Assembly (NCBI GenBank): GCA_963663385.2
Contig: CAXXXD010000003.1
Coordinates: 1,024,001-1,088,000, forward strand
Length of the DNA stretch: 64,000 nucleotides
Source: Oceanispirochaeta sp.
Lineage (GTDB): Bacteria; Spirochaetota; Spirochaetia; DSM-2461
Direction: 5' to 3'
In this document: one piece after another, positions 59,001 through 64,000 of the stretch
Layout of the letters: the number at the start of each line of letters is the position of its first letter
Position numbering within the stretch: the stretch's first letter is position 1
Notes under the pieces: generated by a model
What the model saw: only the letters and a program-made list of their open reading frames with translations
Told to the model about the DNA's origin: nothing
The model's database searches: none
Program-made: the position numbers and the translations under genes

Positions 59001-60449
59001 GTTAGAATTAACCTGAATACCATAAATTATTTTATGCCCAAGGACAGGGCGCTGGATGGGCGGTATGTTGTTTTCAGAGAAAACAGTGCCATGGAAGGGG
59101 CGTTGCATATTGGCGGGACATGGGCTAATCCCGATTTTGAGGGAGTGCTTGACAGCCGCAGACTTCTGGTTCTGACTCCCTATGTAAATGATGAGATTGG
59201 AGAAACGGATATTCATTTAAATTTGAAGGGTAACCGGATTGAGACCAATCAATTTATTGTACCCATAGGAGAAGGTCAGCTTATCGGCGAAGGGTATCTG
59301 AATTTAAGCGGTTGGGGTATCGGAGACTACTCACTCAGCGTTAGGGCTGAAGGAAAACCGGGAACACCTTTTGATTACAATGCCTATGGGGTGCAGGCCA
59401 GTGGCGCTTTTACCGGGAATGTACGACTTTTCGGAACAAACCAGCAGGGGGGACTGGAGGGAACTCTGGTTTTTAATGAACTGCTGGGATCTCTGGGTGA
59501 AAAAACCGAGCTGATTGCAAAAGAGGGCAATACGGTAAGATATCCCTTTACGCTTGATCTGAAGTTCGTTACAGGACGGAATGCCATGTTTATCCTGCCG
59601 AATCCGCAGCTGGCTATAGCCACAGCAACAGCCGAGCAGGGCGAACAGATAAACCTCACTCTGGATACCCTCAATGATACCTTTTCTTTAACCGGGGCGG
59701 TGAATATCAGGAATGGTGAGATTAACTATTTCGACCGGTCCTTCGAACTAACGGAGGGATCCATTACATTCAATGAGAATGAGGATCTGTTTAATCCCTT
59801 TGTGAATATGGAAGCGGAAATTGAAACAACCGATATTGATGGGAATGATGTGACAGTATATCTGATATACCGGAATGCTGTTCTGGATGATTTTACGCCG
59901 ATTATGCGTTCTGATCCGCCCCGAACAGATGAACAGATTATGGCTTTATTCGGTCAGAGCCTGATTCCCTATGATACGGAAGAGGTGGATTTATCCAAAC
60001 TAGTGCTTGCGACAGGAGGAATGGTTAGTGAATATGCTCTGGTAGAACCTTTTGAAAGTGCCTTGAAGGATTCCCTGAAACTGGATAGTGTTACCATCAA
60101 AACGGAAATATTGGAGAATGCCCTGCTGAATCAGCTTGAGGGCAGTACGTATACAGGTTCGGATTCCTATAATCTGGGAAAATACCTGGATAATACAAGT
60201 ATCCATATGGGTCGCTTTATTGGAGATTACCTATTCTTTTCAGCAGGTATTCTTGTTGATTACGATGAACTGAATGGTATAAACTCCTACACGGGCGGAA
60301 TGACCTTTGTTCCGGACCTGACTTTGGAGATGAGAACCCCGTTTTTTCTGGTTGCGTGGAATTACAACCAGGAAAATTCTACAGATATAGATAACACAGA
60401 TTTTGTGCCAAGAAATTCAATAAGCCTGGAATGGCAGTTTTCTTATTAA
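56073..60449 (+). CDS. tamB: Translocation/assembly module TamB (DUF490)
   Basis: 1458 aa, N-terminal TM anchor, beta-rich body, C-terminal DUF490-like region; directly upstream of bamA. Confidence 0.85.
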   Translation: MNKLSRLFPHIIQILLVLLSIWGSYLGFNRIKQNTDALMIGLKSRVIISVEELLGYQIGYEEISPSFLSFFEIRDLSLTHPETGEQILQIRNLKLFYNPLSYFLKPSGNVLISHINITGLTLSFDSERDQRLSELFSSSGRDNRSSGPLDLSRYFSGRIRIRSWSLHYRGPEESILFEGNTLTLKQQDDYMRVKLNGHFSFIRSASDFPLGRIVFDVSITGNLQNNLGGFNLIGDFRDVQSNLFDIPRQELNLRFDGNEFKLAKVRDRQPYDMNLVFKSNKLRVDFNADQFSPGKIITLKGSLESFDPWLSTILSGTGHFEISLDEGSMLYGYDGTAFVKNEILPFPVNAEIRANGNESILFADQLTVSTVYGTYAFSGEWAFLDKFPKGELSFFQMPVLGDITMEGNLFLGEVEDYFYIRSENLELSSGWHPGNLKVLISRNGDSFVYSLRSDLNPSNSFRDQILLNGEFSFNETFRLKSSYVINQFSMETLRAFLPVDQDVLSNPLLGNLVLQTDGNLTVDGRDYYIRMQDLRISSPDGNRNLKCRGFISPEEFEIFSLEMNWDDNYLLGSLQGLLTQGEINLESTWNLNNNTYLVNSVYSDGKLSFIGNYGLKGQVYKDPSSGFLATVETSNYPLTWNGQNLRSSLNLRGRYRNDDWELYLKDSEFLWENSDILMNPALKLTAYVAPGAANIFSMEYRDDFSVLKGSGSLFYDLNQNIFNGSINLSEGKSGSTNETYSVYCVYNDGILSSTLQIQNALLDRFARSGLKGAVDSDVTIDGSLTAPVIEGSLASSNFEYGGNQMAFNGRFQLNRERIELYDINVKRNSVTLSRGLGFFNFREGNLMLTTRVSTDSGGEEGGSRKLPVETGLTIMIDLQDAVEFNQLKSLAERDFTGRFRTHPIQWNGIVTYPARVVEFERKGMELAGRLLSDSSQKFRYNLNNKNIEIEIGDSFPVSFSMKGNLDPEQLDMDFSNVRINLNTINYFMPKDRALDGRYVVFRENSAMEGALHIGGTWANPDFEGVLDSRRLLVLTPYVNDEIGETDIHLNLKGNRIETNQFIVPIGEGQLIGEGYLNLSGWGIGDYSLSVRAEGKPGTPFDYNAYGVQASGAFTGNVRLFGTNQQGGLEGTLVFNELLGSLGEKTELIAKEGNTVRYPFTLDLKFVTGRNAMFILPNPQLAIATATAEQGEQINLTLDTLNDTFSLTGAVNIRNGEINYFDRSFELTEGSITFNENEDLFNPFVNMEAEIETTDIDGNDVTVYLIYRNAVLDDFTPIMRSDPPRTDEQIMALFGQSLIPYDTEEVDLSKLVLATGGMVSEYALVEPFESALKDSLKLDSVTIKTEILENALLNQLEGSTYTGSDSYNLGKYLDNTSIHMGRFIGDYLFFSAGILVDYDELNGINSYTGGMTFVPDLTLEMRTPFFLVAWNYNQENSTDIDNTDFVPRNSISLEWQFSY

Positions 60450-60465
60450 GATCGAAGGAGTATGA

Positions 60466-62943
60466 ATGCTTAAGGTGAGAATCCCTCTGATCCTCGTGAT
60501 CCTGACAACACTTACTTTTACACTGACAGCCCAGGAGGAACCTGACTGGTATCAGGATAAACCCATACTGGATATCCGGTTCTCCGGACTGGATGCCGTT
60601 TCTGAAACCGAACTGAAAGGTCTCGTACGGCAATATGTATCTCTTAAGTTTACAGATGCTATTTCCTGGGAAATCCAGGGAAAACTATATGCCCTGGAGT
60701 ATTTTGACCTTATACTGCCTCAGGCTCTGCCGGGCGATCCCAATAACAATACGGTTATTCTGGAATTTCAGGTTAAGGAAAAACCGGTAGTAAAAGAGAT
60801 TGTCTTTACAGGTAATAACCGCATCAGAAAAGGTGAGCTTCTTGATAACATTCTTCTTACAAAAGGGGATATGGTTAATAAGTCATCCATAAAGCTGGAT
60901 GCTCAATCAATCGAAACTCTCTATATTGAAAAGGGTTACATTGATGCGGAAGTCAGTTATGCCATAGAAAAAGATGAAGAGAACAATACGGCTTCCATTG
61001 TCTTTGATATTCTGGAAGGGGATCAGACAACGATCAGCAAAATTCTTTTTTCCGGTAATGATAAACATGTTACAACAAAAACCCTGCAGGGGTTGATGAA
61101 AACCAAACCACAGTCTTTGTTTCATAAAGGCGTCCTTATGGAGAATCAGCTTCAGGAAGATATCCTGGCAATCGAGTACTACTACTGGGACAGAGGTTAT
61201 ATGGACGCTGAAGTCAAGGATGTTGTAAAAGACATTGTCCGGGATGAAGTGGAGGGTGTTAACAATTTGATTATCACTCTTGTTATTACGGAAGGAGAGG
61301 CTTACACATTCGGCGGGATTACTTTCGAAGGGAATGATCTTTATACTGATGAGGAGCTGTCGGGGATGATCTCCCAGAAAAAAGGTGAGATCTTTAATAA
61401 GACCCGTTTTCAGACAGATTATCAAAAGGTTACCGACAAGTACTATGAAAACGGCTATATTTACAACTCCTTTTCCTACGATGAAATACGGGATGAAGAA
61501 GCAAGAACTGTGCGTTATGAAGTCTCTATTACAGAAAGGGACAGGGCTCATATAGAGAATATTGTCATTCGCGGAAACGATAAAACGAAAGATTCCGTTA
61601 TCGTCCGTGAACTGCCGTTCGAAGTGGGAGATGTGTTCAATAAGGCCGTTGTTCTGGAGGGAATGACAAATCTGTTCAATACACAGTACTTTGCTGCTGT
61701 TAATCCCCAGACATACCCCGGTAGCGAGGATGGCCTTATGGACATCGTTGTTGATGTGGAAGAGGGAAAAACAGCCAATATCATTTTCGGTATCACCTTT
61801 TCCGGCGGAACGGAATTCCCCATGGCGGGAACTCTGCAGTGGAATGACACCAACTTTCTGGGGAATGGAACAACCGTCGGGATTGAATCAACCGTTTCTC
61901 CTCAGAAACAGTCAGTTTCTCTTACCTATACAGAACCCAGGATGTTTGATACAAGGTGGGGTGTGGGGTATGATCTGACTTATGCCCACTCCTCTGACAC
62001 ATCGGTCTATCAGGATCTAGATGGTGACGGTGTAATTGATCCCTATGTAACCTATAGCGATTTTGAAAACAACGATAAGGTTGTTCCCTCCGACTATCTG
62101 ATGGAATATGACTCACATGATATTTCCGCTGGTGTCAATACAGGTTATACCTGGCATACGGGAATCGGCCGGCTTAGTACGTATACGGGATTCCGCGCCG
62201 GTTTTGAATATGTGGATTATGATGAAGATATTTTCAGACCCTGGAGCAGTGATCTCCGGAAAAATCACCATACATGGCTTTATGATGACAGCTGGTGGGT
62301 GAAAGGCGCCTGGGATACCCGGGATTATGTTGGCAACCCGTCATCCGGTTTTGTTTTCAGTGAAACCGTAACCCTTGCAGGAGTATCTCCTCAGTCGACA
62401 AAGGATTATCTCAAAAGTGTAACCCGCGGTCAGGTGAATTTTACCCTCTTTGATATACCCCTGAGCGAGGATTTCAACTTTAAATCCGTCCTCTCTTTTA
62501 ACTCGGCATTCTCCTATTTAACGGAAAAGCCCTGGCAGGCGGAAGATACGGTCGATCCCCAGGAAGATGGTTTTTACGCAGATGGTATGTTTATTGCCCG
62601 CGGCTGGTATCCGGAAAGAGACGGTCAATCCCTGTGGGATAATACGGCAACCCTGAAGTTTCCCCTGATTCCGAATATTCTGGCTTATGATATTTTTCTG
62701 GATGGTGTAGGGTTGTGGAAATCCAAGGAGTATCTGGATGAAATGTCTCTTCCGGACTTCAAGTTCAGTCTCGGTACAGGAATCCGGTTTGATAATCCCC
62801 AGTTTCCCATTGGTATATATGTGGTGAAAAAGTTCCAGTTTGAAGAAAACGGTGATATAAACTGGAATCCCGAGCCGGACTATGTGACTTTTGATAACGG
62901 GAACCTGAACCTTGTTATCTCTTTTGGAATTGATATTTATTGA
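60466..62943 (+). CDS. bamA: Outer membrane protein assembly factor BamA
   Basis: Repeated POTRA motifs (GN..I..Y...GY), NFLGNG, YTEP, ARGW loop-6 motif, SLGTGIR, terminal aromatic residue. Confidence 0.95.
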   Translation: MLKVRIPLILVILTTLTFTLTAQEEPDWYQDKPILDIRFSGLDAVSETELKGLVRQYVSLKFTDAISWEIQGKLYALEYFDLILPQALPGDPNNNTVILEFQVKEKPVVKEIVFTGNNRIRKGELLDNILLTKGDMVNKSSIKLDAQSIETLYIEKGYIDAEVSYAIEKDEENNTASIVFDILEGDQTTISKILFSGNDKHVTTKTLQGLMKTKPQSLFHKGVLMENQLQEDILAIEYYYWDRGYMDAEVKDVVKDIVRDEVEGVNNLIITLVITEGEAYTFGGITFEGNDLYTDEELSGMISQKKGEIFNKTRFQTDYQKVTDKYYENGYIYNSFSYDEIRDEEARTVRYEVSITERDRAHIENIVIRGNDKTKDSVIVRELPFEVGDVFNKAVVLEGMTNLFNTQYFAAVNPQTYPGSEDGLMDIVVDVEEGKTANIIFGITFSGGTEFPMAGTLQWNDTNFLGNGTTVGIESTVSPQKQSVSLTYTEPRMFDTRWGVGYDLTYAHSSDTSVYQDLDGDGVIDPYVTYSDFENNDKVVPSDYLMEYDSHDISAGVNTGYTWHTGIGRLSTYTGFRAGFEYVDYDEDIFRPWSSDLRKNHHTWLYDDSWWVKGAWDTRDYVGNPSSGFVFSETVTLAGVSPQSTKDYLKSVTRGQVNFTLFDIPLSEDFNFKSVLSFNSAFSYLTEKPWQAEDTVDPQEDGFYADGMFIARGWYPERDGQSLWDNTATLKFPLIPNILAYDIFLDGVGLWKSKEYLDEMSLPDFKFSLGTGIRFDNPQFPIGIYVVKKFQFEENGDINWNPEPDYVTFDNGNLNLVISFGIDIY

Positions 62944-62997
62944 TCAGGTTCCCTGAATCTGTTTTAATAACATAACCCGAAACTCTGGAGTGATAAA

Positions 62998-63519
62998 ATG
63001 AAAAAAGCAGTTGTTGTACTGATGATTCTACTGGCGGGACTGACCATGATTCCTGCAGAAAACATAACCAAGGTGGCTGTACTGGATTATTCCCGCATCC
63101 TGTCCGCTTTTTATAAGGATTCTCAGGCCGTTCGAGAGCTGGAAGAGCTTAAAAGTCAGTTTCAGGATGAGAGCCTGAAAATCCAGGACGAGATTAAAAT
63201 TCTGGATGCCCGGAAACTGGATGCAGAGAATAACGGTAACAACAGTCTGGCTCTCGAGCTGGATAATGAAATTTTCAAAAAGAAAAACTACCTGAGAGAT
63301 TATATCCGGGTAAAGAACGCCCAGCTTTCTGAAATGAACAGGAGCCTCAGTCAGAATATGACACTTGTCAATGAAATTAACGAGGAAATTCAGTATGTTG
63401 CGGAAAGCAACGGGTATTCACTGGTATTTAAAAAATCTGATCCCAGCCTTTTGTGGTGGAACTATGAGGTTGATATTACAGATCAGGTAATTCAGAGGCT
63501 GATGAGCCGTATCCGGTAA
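62998..63519 (+). CDS. skp: OmpH/Skp periplasmic chaperone
   Basis: KVAVLD, coiled-coil body, VAESNGYSLV..DITDQVI. Confidence 0.9.
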   Translation: MKKAVVVLMILLAGLTMIPAENITKVAVLDYSRILSAFYKDSQAVRELEELKSQFQDESLKIQDEIKILDARKLDAENNGNNSLALELDNEIFKKKNYLRDYIRVKNAQLSEMNRSLSQNMTLVNEINEEIQYVAESNGYSLVFKKSDPSLLWWNYEVDITDQVIQRLMSRIR

Positions 63520-63534
63520 TCAAAAGATTAATAC

Positions 63535-64000
63535 ATGTCTGAAAATACCCCGATGATGCGGCAGTATCTGTCCATCAAGGAGAAACACAAAGACTCGGTA
63601 CTCTTCTTCCGCATGGGAGACTTTTATGAAATGTTCAAGTCTGACGCGGAAGAGGTCAGCCGTATCCTCAATCTTACACTGACCAAGCGTCATGGGATTC
63701 CTATGTGCGGGATACCCTATCATGCGGCTCAGAACTATATCGGCCGGCTGCTGCAGGCCGGAAAGAAAATAGCCATTTGCGAGCAGATCTCCCTTCCAAA
63801 AGACGGGAAAGGTATTGCAAAACGGGATGTGGTTGAAATAATCACGCCCGGAACAGTTGTGGATGAGTCTTATCTGGATAAAAGATCCAATAACTATCTG
63901 GCAGCCATCGGCCGGATCAGGAAGGAGATGGTTTTTTCCTATGTGGATCTTTCTACCGGTGAATTCTGGGCAACCTCCTTTTCTGGTGACCATCAGGAGG
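63535..64000 (+). CDS. mutS: DNA mismatch repair protein MutS (5' partial)
   Basis: MSENTPMMRQYLSIKEKHKDSVLFFRMGDFYEMF..PMCGIPYH..TPGT; open to the window edge and missing from the ORF track. Confidence 0.96.
   Translation, partial: MSENTPMMRQYLSIKEKHKDSVLFFRMGDFYEMFKSDAEEVSRILNLTLTKRHGIPMCGIPYHAAQNYIGRLLQAGKKIAICEQISLPKDGKGIAKRDVVEIITPGTVVDESYLDKRSNNYLAAIGRIRKEMVFSYVDLSTGEFWATSFSGDHQE

Noticed and set aside
63520..63993. 157-aa minus-strand ORF at the right edge
   Set aside because: Antisense to the clear mutS N-terminus starting at 63535

Overview
Chromosomal window of an anaerobic free-living spirochaete (Spirochaetaceae-like; inferred from tamB-bamA-skp-mutS and smpB/lepB/yebC/ruv/queA gene order and spirochaete-style binding-protein leaders). 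From left to right it holds: a cobalamin-riboswitch-controlled ABC importer; an 825-aa cNMP-domain protein; arcA-arcB convergent with a complete B12-dependent oxidative ornithine operon (ord-ortA-ortB-oraS-oraE-GlmL-like reactivase-orr) and divergent alr; trmB and adenine deaminase divergent from a ROK/sugar-ABC/beta-propeller operon; a cNMP-GGDEF gene pair; assorted accessory genes (DTW, thioredoxin, Aat-like, MCP, RecQ); tmRNA surrounded by c-di-GMP genes; and a core block (smpB, lepB, hemW, yebC, ruvCAB, queA, tmk, tamB, bamA, skp, partial mutS). The most unusual items are an ornithine racemase fused to a catalytically dead arginase domain, a cNMP-GGDEF-DHH/DHHA1 protein with all catalytic motifs intact paired with a degenerate partner, and a structured direct repeat flanking a diguanylate cyclase gene just after ssrA. 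I found no CRISPR array, rRNA, standard tRNA, transposase or integrase. All calls come from motif recognition by eye; no database searches were run.
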